A stretch of DNA of 64,000 nucleotides from an uncultured Sphingomonadaceae bacterium (GCA_964645635.1 CAZYAL010000005.1:597-64596), one strand, 5' to 3'; numbered from the stretch's first letter, positions 1-10,110 are shown. The notes: a model not told the origin generated them from the sequence alone. A program made the numbers and translations.

Positions 1-729
1 ACAGGCAACACCAATATTCGGCCATTGCTGGAGGAAGGCGTTACGATCTGGTCTGACTGGCCGCTGGCGAAATACCGTAAGGTAAGCGGCAAGGACATCG
101 CGCAGGAAGATTTCGAGGCCCGGATTGTCGCTGATGCTGATTTTGCGGAGCAATGGGGTGATCTGGGCCCGGTGTACGGCAAGCAGTGGGTGAATTGGGC
201 GACCTACCAGCCTGCGGATGATGGCATGTTTATCGCCGGCACTGGCATCAATCAGGTCGAGCAGGTGGTCGAAAGCTTGCGCAACAATCCGGGCAGCCGC
301 CGTCATATTATAGAGGGCTGGAATGTGGCAGAGCTGGACGGAATGGCGCTGCCGCCGTGCCACAAGACCTACCAGTTCCATGTTGCCGGTGAAGGCGAGG
401 AGGCGCGGCTCAATTGCATGCTCTACCAGCGCAGTTGCGACGTCGCGCTTGGTTTGCCTTTCAACCTTTTTGGCGCGTCAATACTGGCCCGCATGATTGC
501 GCAACAGGCTGGATACCAACCGGGCGAGCTGGTCTGGATGGGGGGAGATACGCACCTTTACCTCAACCATCAGCACTTGGTCGAGGAGCAACTTTTGCGG
601 ACTCCGTCAGGACAAGCGAATCTGGTGATTAATCGCAAACCCGATTCGATTTTTGACTACGTCTTCAGCGATTTCGAGGTGCAGAATTACGAACCGCAGA
701 GCGTTATTCGTGCCCCTGTCGCCGTGTGA
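1..729 (+). CDS. thyA: thymidylate synthase ThyA, 5' end cut by window edge
   Basis: Frame open from base 1. Blocks DLGPVYGKQW, LPPCHKTYQFHV, YQRSCDVALGLPFNLF and GDTHLYLNH are classic ThyA. TGA at 727-729. Confidence 0.93.
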   Translation, partial: TGNTNIRPLLEEGVTIWSDWPLAKYRKVSGKDIAQEDFEARIVADADFAEQWGDLGPVYGKQWVNWATYQPADDGMFIAGTGINQVEQVVESLRNNPGSRRHIIEGWNVAELDGMALPPCHKTYQFHVAGEGEEARLNCMLYQRSCDVALGLPFNLFGASILARMIAQQAGYQPGELVWMGGDTHLYLNHQHLVEEQLLRTPSGQANLVINRKPDSIFDYVFSDFEVQNYEPQSVIRAPVAV

Positions 730-748
730 TTGCGATCTTGAGAGAGTA

Positions 749-776
749 GGAAATGCACGGAATGCATTTTCCTTGG
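749..776 (+). terminator. hairpin plus T-run after thyA
   Basis: GGAAATGCA (749-757) pairs imperfectly with TGCATTTTCC (763-772). Lies 20 nt past the thyA stop. Confidence 0.45.
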
Positions 777-848
777 CAAAGGCCAGTTGACAGCTTTCCG
801 GACCTGCCCTAGAGGCGCGCTTCCCAAGCGGTGCAACGCCACTTCCAA

Positions 849-925
<77 letters not shown>

Positions 926-958
926 CTTGGGGTGTTCCGAGTTGTCGGATCAAGGCAT

Positions 959-990
959 AAAGGCCGCGCTCAATAGTGCGGCCTTTTGCG
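959..990. terminator. bidirectional hairpin terminator between tRNA-Asp and the 993 ORF
   Basis: AAAGGCCGC-N10-GCGGCCTTTT stem followed by TTTTGCGTTT on + and flanked by A-run (T-run on -). Confidence 0.5.
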
Positions 991-992
991 TT

Positions 993-1214
993 TCAAGGCT
1001 GCTTCCAGTGCCCGGTTTCCATCCAGATCAGGAAGCGTTTGAGTGGCAGCAGCCACACGATGCCCAGCGCGAGGTAGATCACCGTCTGCACCAGCGTGGG
1101 CCATTCGCCGATGATGCCGGGCGCATAGCGGGCAATCACGATGCCATAGACGAGCAGGGCGGCACACAGGCCAAGGATGCCCACGGGAATGCGCCAGGTC
1201 GGTTCTTTGCGCAT
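993..1214 (-). CDS. small two-TM membrane protein, DUF2842-like
   Basis: 73 aa with two hydrophobic helices (GILGLCAALLVYGIVIA, VIYLALGIVWLLPL). ATG overlaps the upstream stop (ATGA, 1212-1216). Family call is from memory. Confidence 0.6.
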   Translation of the reverse strand: MRKEPTWRIPVGILGLCAALLVYGIVIARYAPGIIGEWPTLVQTVIYLALGIVWLLPLKRFLIWMETGHWKQP

Positions 1215-1801
1215 CAGAACGGCCCCAGTATCCGGGTTGGCGTGATAATGGCGGCAAGCGGCATATCATGATCTTCCACCGGCAGTTCTTCCACCTCCTG
1301 GATATCCCATGCCATGCCGATTGCTAGCGTATAAGGATGGGCTTCCAGCCAGCGGTCATAAAAGCCGCCACCTTGTCCGAGTCTTTCGCCGCTTGTGGTA
1401 AAGCCAACCAGCGGCATGAAGAGCACATCGGGCACAATTTCGGGCGAATCTCCGGACGGCTGGCGCAAACCCATCGGCCCATCGATGAGGTCGCTCTCCT
1501 CGTAGGGGTCGGTATGCAGGTGGAACTGCATGGGTGTCGACAATGTAGTGATTCGAGGCAGCGCAACAGGGTGCCCGGCTTCAAAGAAGAATCTGGTGTA
1601 GGAGAACGCAGGCGCCTCGCCCGTGTCTGCCCGATAGAGGCCAATCGTCGCGGTCTCCGGCACCATTTGAAGCACAGGCGCAGGTGGGCGGTTGAAGACC
1701 AGCGCGCTTACCTGCGTCGGCAATGCTGCTGCATGCTCGCGGCGTTTCTGGCGCAATTCCTTGCGCAGCGCGGCCTTTTGCGCGGCGATTGATTCGCTCA
1801 A
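1214..1801 (-). CDS. 5-formyltetrahydrofolate cyclo-ligase (YgfA/MTHFS family)
   Basis: C-terminal LVGFTTSGERLGQGGGFYDRWL signature. The track ORF starts at GTG 1876, but TTG 1801 lies 8 nt behind GGGGAGGG and gives the typical N-terminus MSESIAAQKAALRKELR. Confidence 0.85.
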   Translation of the reverse strand: MSESIAAQKAALRKELRQKRREHAAALPTQVSALVFNRPPAPVLQMVPETATIGLYRADTGEAPAFSYTRFFFEAGHPVALPRITTLSTPMQFHLHTDPYEESDLIDGPMGLRQPSGDSPEIVPDVLFMPLVGFTTSGERLGQGGGFYDRWLEAHPYTLAIGMAWDIQEVEELPVEDHDMPLAAIITPTRILGPF

Positions 1802-1854
1802 CTTGTCTACCCTCCCCGATGGTGTGTGGCGGAACCACCATGGGTCGTTTTCCG

Positions 1855-2005
1855 GGAAATCCTCTGACGCCTTCACGTCAGGTGGGCGCCGTGTATCCAG
1901 AGCCGCCAGGACGAACCCGTGGCCCCGGTAGGGACAGCTCCCTTGGATTGCTTATAGCCTCAGGGATATCTCAAGCGGCTCGTGCCGGGCAGTCCCGCCA
2001 TTGCG
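1855..2005 (-). ncRNA. ssrS: candidate 6S RNA (ends approximate)
   Basis: Non-coding gap between zapA and the cyclo-ligase, which is the canonical zapA-ssrS-ygfA locus. GAGCCGC/GCGGCTC pairing and segments resembling E. coli 6S (GCGGG..CUGAGCCGAUAU; CCUGCGGCGGC). Not folded rigorously. Confidence 0.45.
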
Positions 2006-2009
2006 CTAT

Positions 2010-2324
2010 CTAAGAATTTGCGGCCGATGCCTCAAGCTGTGATGCAAGGCTTTCGATCCGCTCGGCCATCTTTTCCAGCGGTTCGGCGATATTGATGGCG
2101 TGCGCAGCGCTATTTGCCCCCACGTTCTGCGCCTCGTGCAGTTCGTCTGCCAGCAGCAGGGCGGCAAAAAGCAGGGTGCGTGGTTCTGACTGGCTGGCCA
2201 TGTTGGGCAGCTGGGCCAATTTGCCATCGATCATGCGTGCCAGTGTCTTGATGTGGCTCTCTTCACCTTCGGCACATGCTATCGTGTAGCGACGGTTGCA
2301 GATTTCAACGGTGACATTGCTCAT
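2010..2324 (-). CDS. zapA: cell division protein ZapA
   Basis: 104 aa. N-terminal VTVEICNRRYTIACAEGEE pattern typical of ZapA, plus synteny with the cyclo-ligase. Confidence 0.8.
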   Translation of the reverse strand: MSNVTVEICNRRYTIACAEGEESHIKTLARMIDGKLAQLPNMASQSEPRTLLFAALLLADELHEAQNVGANSAAHAINIAEPLEKMAERIESLASQLEASAANS

Positions 2325-2334
2325 CGCGTCATCC

Positions 2335-2634
2335 TCACTGCTCCAGCGTGCGGATCAGGCTGTCCATCACCGAAAGGGCAGCGGAGGTTTCCCGCTTCAG
2401 CAACTCATGGCGCTGGAGAAGCTCGGAGTCGGGATTGGAGGCAGTCATGCCCGTTGCCGCCGCTTCTACCCTCTGTGCAGCAGCTTCGATACGGGCGAGG
2501 GCCCTGGAGATGCGTTCACCATCCATGAGCCGCAATTTATCCGAAAGACGCAATGGCGGCAAAGTCTTGGCGGGCGAACCTGTGAATAAGCCTAGGTTTC
2601 GCCTTGCAACAGCGTAGGAAGGAATATCCGCCAC
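2335..2634 (-). CDS. coiled-coil protein, DUF4164/ZauP-like; start uncertain (GTG 2634 or ATG 2526)
   Basis: Helical C-terminal part (ISRALARIEAAAQRVEAAA...LIRTLEQ) immediately upstream of zapA, as for the DUF4164 partner of ZapA in alphaproteobacteria. The N-terminal 36 codons look non-coding. Confidence 0.45.
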   Translation of the reverse strand: MADIPSYAVARRNLGLFTGSPAKTLPPLRLSDKLRLMDGERISRALARIEAAAQRVEAAATGMTASNPDSELLQRHELLKRETSAALSVMDSLIRTLEQ

Positions 2635-2720
2635 GCTTGACGATAGGGGCGGCGCTACCCCAAGGAGCGCGCAATCGAATCACGACTTTCGTGCATTGCA
2701 GCACCACCGGGGAGAATTCC

Positions 2721-4715
2721 ATGAGCCAAGATGCGTCCAGCCTCCAGCAGATGGCCAATGCCATCCGGGCGCTCACCATGGATGCCGTGCAGGCCGCCAA
2801 TATCGGCCATCCCGGCATGCCGATGGGCATGGCCGATGTCGCCACGGTTCTTTATTCCGATTACCTGAAGTTCGATCCTGCTGCTCCGCAATGGCCTGAC
2901 CGTGACCGCTTCGTGCTGTCGGCTGGCCACGGCTCAATGCTCATCTACGCACTGCTGCACCTTACGGGTTATGAGCAGCCGACGATGGATGACATTCGCA
3001 ACTTTCGCCAGCTTGGCAGCCCTTGTGCCGGCCATCCCGAGAACTTCCTGATCGACGGTGTCGAATGTACCACCGGCCCGCTAGGGCAGGGCCTGGCGAT
3101 GGGCGTGGGCATGGCGATTGCCGAACGGCACCTCAACGCCAAGTTCGGTGACGACGTGATCGACCACAAGACCTGGGTGATGGCGGGTGACGGTTGCCTG
3201 ATGGAAGGCATCAACCACGAAGCCACCGGCCTTGCTGGTCACCTCAAGTTGGGCAACCTCATCGTGCTGTGGGATGATAACAACGTCACCATTGATGGCA
3301 CTGTCGAACTGTCCTCCAGCGAAGACGTTCTGGCTCGCTATCAGGCGACCAACTGGCATACCGTCAGCTGCGATGGGCACGACCCGGCTTCTATCCGCGC
3401 CGCGATTGACGAAGCCGTGGCAGATCCGCGCCCTTCGATCGTCGCGTGCAAGACCATCATCGGCAAGGGTGCGCCCAACAAGCAGGGCACGTCCGGCGTG
3501 CACGGTGCGCCGCTGGGTGAAGACGAAATCGCTGCTGCTCGCGTTGAGTTGGGGTGGGAATACCCGCCCTTCGCCGTGCCTAATGAGATCATGGCTGACT
3601 GGCGTGCGCTGGGCGCTCGCGGGGCACACACGCGCGCTGCTTGGAACGCGGCTCTCGAAGCCAGCGGCAAGAAAGCTGAGCTTGCAAGCCAGTTGACGAG
3701 CGTAGCGGATCTCGCTGCGCCTGCGCTGGAAGATTATATCGCTGGCCTCGCAAAGGATCCGCCCAAGGTCGCCAGCCGCAAGGCTTCGGAAATGGCGCTT
3801 GGCCCGCTGACCGAGAAGCTGCCGCAGTTGATCGGTGGCTCAGCTGACCTTACCGGCTCAAACAATACCAAGACCAAGTTCACCGATCCGCTTACTGCTG
3901 ACAATTACGGTGGCCGTTACATGTATTACGGCATCCGCGAATTCGGCATGGCTGCGGCGATGAATGGCATGATGCTGCACGGAGGTATTGTTCCTTACGG
4001 CGGCACATTCCTTATCTTCAGCGACTATGCCCGCAATGCCATCCGTCTTTCCGCGCTGCAGAAAGCGGGCGTGGTCTACGTGATGACCCATGACTCGATC
4101 GGTCTTGGCGAGGATGGCCCCACTCACCAGCCGGTAGAACAGGTCATGTCGCTGCGCCTGATCCCCAATCTCAACGTCTATCGGCCGGCAGATGCCATCG
4201 AGACGGCCGAATGCTGGGCGCTGGCACTGCAGACGCCGGAAACTCCGTCGGTCATCGCGCTGTCGCGCCAGAACCTGCCCCCAGTTCGCGGCGAGGGTGA
4301 CGAGAACTGGAGCGCGCTTACAAATCGCTGTGCCAAGGGTGCCTATCGCGTGAAGGATGCTGGCGCTGCTCGCAAGGTCGTACTGCTGGCAACCGGTTCG
4401 GAAGTAGCTGTCGCGATGGATACCGCCGCCGCGCTAGAAGCGCAGGGCATCGGTGCGGACGTCGTGTCCATGCCGTGTCAGGAACTCTTCAATGCGCAGG
4501 ATGCTGCCTACAAGGCGGACATCGTTCCTTCAGATGCGCTGGTGGTATCGATCGAAGCTGGTGTGACGCAGGGCTGGGAGCGCTACACCGGTGTGGGTGG
4601 TCTCAACATCGGTCTGGATCGTTTCGGTGCCTCTGCGCCAGCGGCCACGCTGTTTGAATATTTCGGCTTCTCTGCTGAGAAGATCGTTCCGCAAATTCTT
4701 GAAAAACTGAACTGA
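2721..4715 (+). CDS. tkt: transketolase
   Basis: Motifs [21 protein letters not shown] and [19 protein letters not shown] 2721 lies behind GGGGAGAA. The first 39 codons of the track ORF (2604) are rejected. Confidence 0.95.
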   Translation: MSQDASSLQQMANAIRALTMDAVQAANIGHPGMPMGMADVATVLYSDYLKFDPAAPQWPDRDRFVLSAGHGSMLIYALLHLTGYEQPTMDDIRNFRQLGSPCAGHPENFLIDGVECTTGPLGQGLAMGVGMAIAERHLNAKFGDDVIDHKTWVMAGDGCLMEGINHEATGLAGHLKLGNLIVLWDDNNVTIDGTVELSSSEDVLARYQATNWHTVSCDGHDPASIRAAIDEAVADPRPSIVACKTIIGKGAPNKQGTSGVHGAPLGEDEIAAARVELGWEYPPFAVPNEIMADWRALGARGAHTRAAWNAALEASGKKAELASQLTSVADLAAPALEDYIAGLAKDPPKVASRKASEMALGPLTEKLPQLIGGSADLTGSNNTKTKFTDPLTADNYGGRYMYYGIREFGMAAAMNGMMLHGGIVPYGGTFLIFSDYARNAIRLSALQKAGVVYVMTHDSIGLGEDGPTHQPVEQVMSLRLIPNLNVYRPADAIETAECWALALQTPETPSVIALSRQNLPPVRGEGDENWSALTNRCAKGAYRVKDAGAARKVVLLATGSEVAVAMDTAAALEAQGIGADVVSMPCQELFNAQDAAYKADIVPSDALVVSIEAGVTQGWERYTGVGGLNIGLDRFGASAPAATLFEYFGFSAEKIVPQILEKLN

Positions 4716-4731
4716 TTTAGGAGACAGGTCC

Positions 4732-5739
4732 ATGGCAACGAAGGTATCGATCAACGGTTTCGGGCGTATTGGCCGTCTTGTGGCGCGCGCTATCCTGGAA
4801 CGTGACGATCATGACCTTGAACTGGTGGCGATCAACGATCTGGCTGATACTAACGCCAACGCATTGCTGTTCGGCTTCGACAGCACCCATGGCCGCTTCC
4901 CCGGCTCGGTGGAAGTCGATGGCAGCAACCTCGTCGTCAACGGCAAGACCATCGCCGTTACCAGCGAACGTAATCCGGGTGACTTGCCGCACGCTGCCAT
5001 GGGCGTGGACATCGTTCTGGAATGCACCGGCTTCTTCCAGAGCCACGATGCGGCCAAGCCGCACCTCGATGCAGGTGCCAAGCGGGTGCTGATTTCTGCA
5101 CCGGCCACTGGTGTTTCGGCCACTGTCGTTTATGGCGTGAACCACTCCATCCTGACTGCTGACGACATTATCGTCTCCAACGCCAGCTGCACCACCAACT
5201 GCCTGTCGCCGGTGGCCAAGGTGCTGAACGAGCTTGTGGGGATTGAACGCGGCTTCATGACGACGATCCATTCCTACACCAATGACCAGCGCATGCTGGA
5301 CCAGATGCACTCGGACATGCGCCGTGCTCGCGGTGGTGCACAGAACATGATCCCGACGACCACTGGCGCTGCACGTGCGGTCGGCCTGGTCCTGCCCGAA
5401 CTGGCTGGTAAGCTGGATGGTTCCTCTGTCCGTGTTCCCACGCCCAACGTCAGCCTTGTGGACCTCGTGTTCCAGCCGGGCCGCGACACCACGGCAGAAG
5501 AACTCAATGCGGCGCTGAAGGCTGCAGCTGAAGGCCCGATGAAGGGCGTTCTAGACTATACCAACAAGCCGCTGGTCAGCTCTGACTTCAACCATCACCC
5601 GGCCAGCTCGACGATCGACAGCCTGGAAACCTCAGTCATGGATGGCAAGTTGGCGCGTGTTGTCAGCTGGTATGACAATGAGTGGGGCTTCTCTAACCGC
5701 ATGATTGACACTGCTGGCGTGATGGCCGGTCTGATCTAA
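4732..5739 (+). CDS. gap: glyceraldehyde-3-phosphate dehydrogenase
   Basis: Motifs [19 protein letters not shown] and WYDNEWGF. Confidence 0.96.
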   Translation: MATKVSINGFGRIGRLVARAILERDDHDLELVAINDLADTNANALLFGFDSTHGRFPGSVEVDGSNLVVNGKTIAVTSERNPGDLPHAAMGVDIVLECTGFFQSHDAAKPHLDAGAKRVLISAPATGVSATVVYGVNHSILTADDIIVSNASCTTNCLSPVAKVLNELVGIERGFMTTIHSYTNDQRMLDQMHSDMRRARGGAQNMIPTTTGAARAVGLVLPELAGKLDGSSVRVPTPNVSLVDLVFQPGRDTTAEELNAALKAAAEGPMKGVLDYTNKPLVSSDFNHHPASSTIDSLETSVMDGKLARVVSWYDNEWGFSNRMIDTAGVMAGLI

Positions 5740-5749
5740 GAGCAATCAA

Positions 5750-5844
5750 CCGTTCGTGCTGAGTTTGTCGAAGCACCGTTATTCTTCCATGCAGCACGTG
5801 GATCGATAGATAAGGCAGCCCTTCGACAGGCTCGGGGCGAACGG
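5750..5844. repeat. REP-like palindromic intergenic element
   Basis: Left arm CCGTTCGTGCTGAGTTTGTCGAAG versus the reverse complement of the right arm CTTCGACAGGCTCGGGGCGAACGG. About 19/24 match, and several of the mismatches are G-U compatible. About 45-nt loop. Fills the gap-pgk spacer. Confidence 0.45.
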
Positions 5845-5852
5845 AGAATATT

Positions 5853-7052
5853 GTGGCGAATTTTAAGACACTCGATGACCTTGGCGATGTAACTGGCAAG
5901 GTTGCGCTCGTTCGGGTGGATTTGAACCTGCCCATGGCTGATGGCCGCGCTACGGACCTGACACGAGCGTTGGCTGTGAAGCCTACCATCCTCAAACTGG
6001 CAGAGAAGGGCGCCAAGGTGGTCCTGCTCGCCCACTTCGGTCGCCCCAAGGGCGAGCGTCACTCGACCATGTCGCTAAGCCTGATCCAGGGCGAAATCGA
6101 GCGCGTGATCGGCAAGGAAGTGATGTTCATCCCCGAAGTGCAGGGGCCTGTAGCAGCACAAGCCATTGGCATCCTTCGCGCAGGCGATGTTGGTATGCTG
6201 GAAAATACGCGTTTCTGGCCGGGTGAGGAGGGCAACGATCCCGAATTCGCCAAGAGCATTGCTGCAAATGGTGATTTCTACGTCAATGACGCGTTCTCCG
6301 CAGCACACCGTGCCCATGCCACAACTGAAGGCCTCGCGCACCTGCTGCCTGCCTATGCAGGGCGCGCTATGGAGAAGGAGCTCACTGCGCTGGATGCGGC
6401 TCTCGGCAATCCGGAAACGCCGGTTGCTGCCGTGGTTGGCGGGGCGAAGGTCTCGACCAAGCTTGCAGTGCTGCAGAACTTGGTCAGCAAGGTGCAGCAC
6501 CTCATCATCGGCGGCGGCATGGCCAACACCTTCCTCGCTGCACGCGGGGTTAATGTTGGCAAGTCGCTTTGCGAACATGACCTGACAGGCACTGCTGAAA
6601 AGATCATGGATGCGGCAGACGCTGCCGGTTGCACCGTGCATCTTCCGTATGACGTCGTCGCGGCGAAGGAATTCGCTGCCAATCCGCCCAGCCTGCGTAT
6701 CTGCAACGTGCACGAAGTGGCCGAAGACGAGATGATCCTCGACGTCGGCCCGCAAGCTGTGGAGGCATTAGGCGATGTGCTCAAGACCTGCCGCACACTT
6801 GTATGGAATGGTCCGATGGGGGCGTTCGAAACCTCGCCTTTCGATGCTGCAACGGTTGCTCTTGCCAAGACGGCTGCGGCACTGACGGTGGAAGGTTCGC
6901 TGGTTTCCATGGCTGGCGGAGGCGATACCGTGGCCGCGCTGGCCCACGCTGGCGTGACTGACGATATGACCTATATCTCCACCGCTGGCGGTGCGTTCCT
7001 TGAATGGATGGAAGGCAAGAAACTGCCCGGCGTAGCCGCGCTTTCGGCCTGA
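5853..7052 (+). CDS. pgk: phosphoglycerate kinase
   Basis: 399 aa, GTG start. Blocks VRVDLNLPM, NDAFSAAHRAHAT and GGGDT. Confidence 0.95.
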   Translation: MANFKTLDDLGDVTGKVALVRVDLNLPMADGRATDLTRALAVKPTILKLAEKGAKVVLLAHFGRPKGERHSTMSLSLIQGEIERVIGKEVMFIPEVQGPVAAQAIGILRAGDVGMLENTRFWPGEEGNDPEFAKSIAANGDFYVNDAFSAAHRAHATTEGLAHLLPAYAGRAMEKELTALDAALGNPETPVAAVVGGAKVSTKLAVLQNLVSKVQHLIIGGGMANTFLAARGVNVGKSLCEHDLTGTAEKIMDAADAAGCTVHLPYDVVAAKEFAANPPSLRICNVHEVAEDEMILDVGPQAVEALGDVLKTCRTLVWNGPMGAFETSPFDAATVALAKTAAALTVEGSLVSMAGGGDTVAALAHAGVTDDMTYISTAGGAFLEWMEGKKLPGVAALSA

Positions 7053-7056
7053 TCCG

Positions 7057-7671
7057 ATGTCGGACTGTCAGCTCTACCTGATTTCTCCGCTTGAGGTGGG
7101 CGGCGATTTTCCGGAGAGGTTGGCGCGTGCGCTGGATGCAGGCCCTGTTGCGGCCTTCCAGTTTCGCGTGAAGGGGAAGAGCCAGCACGAGGCGGCTCGC
7201 CTTGCGGAGCCGTTGCAGGTGATTTGCGCTGAGCGGGAAGTCGCTTTTATTGTCAATGACGATGTTGCATTGGCCAGACGGCTGAAAGCCGATGGTGTGC
7301 ACCTGGGGCAAGGTGACGGGAGCCCACGCGAAGCGCGCGAGGAACTTGGGCACGATGTGCAGATCGGCGTGACTTGCCATGATAGTCGCCATCTCGCCAT
7401 GGAAGCAGGTGATGCCGGGGCAGACTATGTCGCGTTTGGAGCATTCTTTCCGTCCGGAACCAAGGAGACCAAACACCATGCCGAGCTCGAACTTCTCGAA
7501 TTCTGGCAAGGCCTGTTTGAAATTCCCTGCGTTGCCATCGGCGGGATCACGCCCGAAAATTGCACTCCGTTGATTGAGGCGGGAGCAGACTTCCTCGCCG
7601 TATCAGGCGCGGTGTGGAATGGGGATGAGGCCGCGGCTGTTAAAGCCTTTGCTGAAAAGCTGGCCGGCTGA
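7057..7671 (+). CDS. thiE: thiamine-phosphate synthase
   Basis: 204 aa. LYLISP N-terminus, DGVHLGQGD, and the ThiE-like block VAIGGITPEN...AGADFLAVSGAV. Confidence 0.85.
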   Translation: MSDCQLYLISPLEVGGDFPERLARALDAGPVAAFQFRVKGKSQHEAARLAEPLQVICAEREVAFIVNDDVALARRLKADGVHLGQGDGSPREAREELGHDVQIGVTCHDSRHLAMEAGDAGADYVAFGAFFPSGTKETKHHAELELLEFWQGLFEIPCVAIGGITPENCTPLIEAGADFLAVSGAVWNGDEAAAVKAFAEKLAG

Positions 7672-8022
7672 TCAGCGCTCGCGCCGCACACAGCGCAAGC
7701 GGCCCGGCTCTCCATTCTCAATCTTGCGCAGAAAGCCATTGGAAATAAATGCATATTTGTCGCCATTGCGTGGGCCGCTGGTCATGGTGACGACGTTGCC
7801 GCGGCGCAGGTAGGTGCCGCTGCCTTCCGGCGCAACGTAGCGTGATGCGCTGGCGATCTGGAAGCTTTCGGCAGGCTGTTCCACTCCCACTTCGTTGCCC
7901 GCAGTGCCCGGCAGTTCGCAGACATACCAGCCGCGCTCGATCGTGCCGATCTGGCCTTGCGCAGTTGTGGGCGATGCCGAAGCGGCTGCGAGAAGTGCGG
8001 AAAGGAGGGCAATCCTGTTCAT
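7672..8022 (-). CDS. hypothetical secreted protein
   Basis: 116 aa with signal peptide MNRIALLSALLAAASA. No recognisable domain. Confidence 0.45.
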   Translation of the reverse strand: MNRIALLSALLAAASASPTTAQGQIGTIERGWYVCELPGTAGNEVGVEQPAESFQIASASRYVAPEGSGTYLRRGNVVTMTSGPRNGDKYAFISNGFLRKIENGEPGRLRCVRRER

Positions 8023-8158
8023 GCCCCCCCCTTAACGCCTAGCCGCTTGCAAGGCCATGAACGATTGTCATGCGATTGTGAACTTGCTCAAAGCGCGGCT
8101 TGGGGCTAGGGCGCGCTACTTCTGAAATCCGAACATTCCCAACAAGGCGAGAAGCCCC

Positions 8159-8722
8159 ATGAAGATCAGCGGCGTAGACATCCGTCCCGGCAACATCATC
8201 GAGTATGAAGGCGGCATCTGGAAGGTTGCCAAGATCCAGCACACCCAGCCGGGTAAGGGCGGAGCCTACATGCAGGTGGAAATGAAGAACCTGCAGGATG
8301 GCCGCAAGACCAACGTTCGCTTCCGCAGTGCGGATACCGTGGAAAAGGTGCGCCTCGATACCAAGGACTATCAGTTCCTCTACGAAGATGGCGAGATGCT
8401 GGTGTTCATGGACACGGATACCTACGAGCAAATCACGTTGCCGAGCGACCTGCTGGGTGATGCACGACCGTTCCTGCAGGATGGCATGCAGGTCTCGCTT
8501 GAACTGTGGGAGGAAAAGCCCATCTCGGTCCAGCTGCCGCAGCAGATCGAAGCGTTGATCGTTGAAGCTGATGCGGTGGTGAAGGGGCAGACGGCCTCTT
8601 CCAGCTACAAGCCCGCCGTGCTCGACAATGGCGTGCGCATCATGGTGCCGCCTCATATCGAAAGCGGAACGCGGATTGTAGTCGATGTCTACGAACAGGC
8701 TTATGTCGGGAAGGCAAGCTAA
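8159..8722 (+). CDS. efp: elongation factor P
   Basis: 187 aa. Blocks [17 protein letters not shown] and [16 protein letters not shown]. Confidence 0.95.
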   Translation: MKISGVDIRPGNIIEYEGGIWKVAKIQHTQPGKGGAYMQVEMKNLQDGRKTNVRFRSADTVEKVRLDTKDYQFLYEDGEMLVFMDTDTYEQITLPSDLLGDARPFLQDGMQVSLELWEEKPISVQLPQQIEALIVEADAVVKGQTASSSYKPAVLDNGVRIMVPPHIESGTRIVVDVYEQAYVGKAS

Positions 8723-8723
8723 C

Positions 8724-9104
8724 ATGAAGAAGCTGGCATTGGCCGGTGCGGCGCTTTTGATGGGCGCTAGCCCTGTGCATGCGCAGGAACAGCAGGTTGA
8801 GCTGTCTCAGGCAGATCAGGATCGCGTCGTGCGCGACTTGCAGGTTCTGATCGGAGGCCTCCAGTCCGAGAACATCGAGGACGAGGCAAAGGCTGTCCTG
8901 ATCAGTTGTCTCTACGAAAACTCGCTCAAGACGATTTCGGAGCAGATGGCCATCGCGCTTGGTAACAACCCGCAGATCGACCAGACAAACGGCTCGCAAT
9001 TGCTTATGGTGATGCTGGCTATCTGTGGGTACCAGCCGGCACAGTCACAGGCTGCCGCGCCCGCAGCTGCTTCGGCTGCTGAAGAAACGATCCAGAGAAA
9101 CTGA
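8724..9104 (+). CDS. hypothetical secreted protein
   Basis: ATG 8724 gives signal peptide MKKLALAGAALLMGASPVHAQ. The earlier start in the track overlaps efp. Confidence 0.45.
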   Translation: MKKLALAGAALLMGASPVHAQEQQVELSQADQDRVVRDLQVLIGGLQSENIEDEAKAVLISCLYENSLKTISEQMAIALGNNPQIDQTNGSQLLMVMLAICGYQPAQSQAAAPAAASAAEETIQRN

Positions 9105-9111
9105 TACCGCG

Positions 9112-9933
9112 ATGGCTGCAATTTCCGGTTTGATCCGCGTGATGGAAAAGGCTGCCCGCAAGGCAGGTGGCCGTCTGCGCCGCGACTTTGGCGAGGTGGA
9201 GCACCTGCAGGTGAGCCGCAAGGGGCCGTCCGACTTCGTCTCCAAGGCTGACGAGGCTGCCGAGCGCGTGTTGTGGGATGAACTGCGCGCAGCGCGCCCG
9301 GATTGGGGATTCAAGCTGGAAGAAGGCGGCGATATCGAAGGTGATCCTGACAAGCCGCGCTTCATCATCGACCCGCTCGATGGCACCAGCAATTTCCTCC
9401 ACGGTATTCCGCATTTCGCGATCTCGATTGCCGTGCAGGAGCCCAAGTTGGGCGGCGGTGGCTGGGGTGATGTTGTCGCTGGCTTGATTTACCAGCCGAT
9501 TACCGACCAGACTTTTTGGGCCGAGAAGTCACGTGGTGCATGGCTGCATGATGCTCGCCTGCGCGTTTCCGGTCGCCGCCAGTTGTCGGAAGCACTGATC
9601 GCAACCGGCATGCCTTTCCAGGGGCACGGCAACTTTGCCGAGTGGTCCAGGATCTACTCCAAGCTAGGCCCGCAGATCGCCGGCGTTCGCCGTTTTGGCG
9701 CTGCATCACTTGATCTTGCATGGGTTGCTGCTGGCCGCTTCGACGGTTTCTGGGAAAGCGACCTTTCGGAATGGGATACGGCGGCAGGTTGCCTTCTCGT
9801 GCGTGAGGCCGGTGGCTTCGTGACGGACTATCGCGGGCGTTCGCAGGCGATCTGTGCAGAGCAGGTCATTGCCGGCAATGACCCACTCCATTCGCGCCTT
9901 CACAAAGCGATTGCAGAAGCTTTGAAGGCCTGA
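9112..9933 (+). CDS. suhB: inositol monophosphatase family protein (SuhB-like)
   Basis: IIDPLDGTSNFLHGIPHFAISIA and WDTAAG motifs. ATG 9112 follows the upstream stop at 9102-9104. Confidence 0.85.
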   Translation: MAAISGLIRVMEKAARKAGGRLRRDFGEVEHLQVSRKGPSDFVSKADEAAERVLWDELRAARPDWGFKLEEGGDIEGDPDKPRFIIDPLDGTSNFLHGIPHFAISIAVQEPKLGGGGWGDVVAGLIYQPITDQTFWAEKSRGAWLHDARLRVSGRRQLSEALIATGMPFQGHGNFAEWSRIYSKLGPQIAGVRRFGAASLDLAWVAAGRFDGFWESDLSEWDTAAGCLLVREAGGFVTDYRGRSQAICAEQVIAGNDPLHSRLHKAIAEALKA

Positions 9934-9949
9934 TTTATAGAGCATCTTC

Positions 9950-9978
9950 TTGAACCTGCGCCAATGCACCGCTAATCG
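9950..9978 (+). promoter_or_regulatory. sigma70-like promoter for tRNA-Leu
   Basis: TTGAAC (9950-9955), 17-nt spacer, TAATCG (9973-9978), about 17 nt before the tRNA 5' end. Confidence 0.3.
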
Positions 9979-9994
9979 CATTGGCATGACGCAG

Positions 9995-10079
9995 GCCTCC
10001 GTGGCGGAATTGGTAGACGCGCTCGACTCAAAATCGAGTTTCTTCGGAAGTGCCGGTTCGAGTCCGGCCGGAGGTACCA
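9995..10079 (+). tRNA. tRNA-Leu (anticodon CAA)
   Basis: 85-nt class II tRNA. GCCTCCG/CGGAGGT acceptor, D-arm GCGGAATTGGTAGACGC as in E. coli tRNA-Leu, anticodon stem CTCGA/TCGAG with loop CTCAAAA, long variable arm, encoded CCA. Confidence 0.95.
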
Positions 10080-10110
10080 CCCTGGTCAAGCAGATTGAGG
10101 GTGCAGCAGG

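Noticed and set aside
787-815. TTGACA-N17-TAGAGG upstream of tRNA-Asp as a promoter
   Set aside because: The -35 is perfect but the -10 hexamer is poor (it lacks the invariant final T), so I did not list it as a feature.
7053-7056. Possible TPP riboswitch upstream of thiE
   Set aside because: thiE follows pgk after 4 nt, so there is no leader at all.
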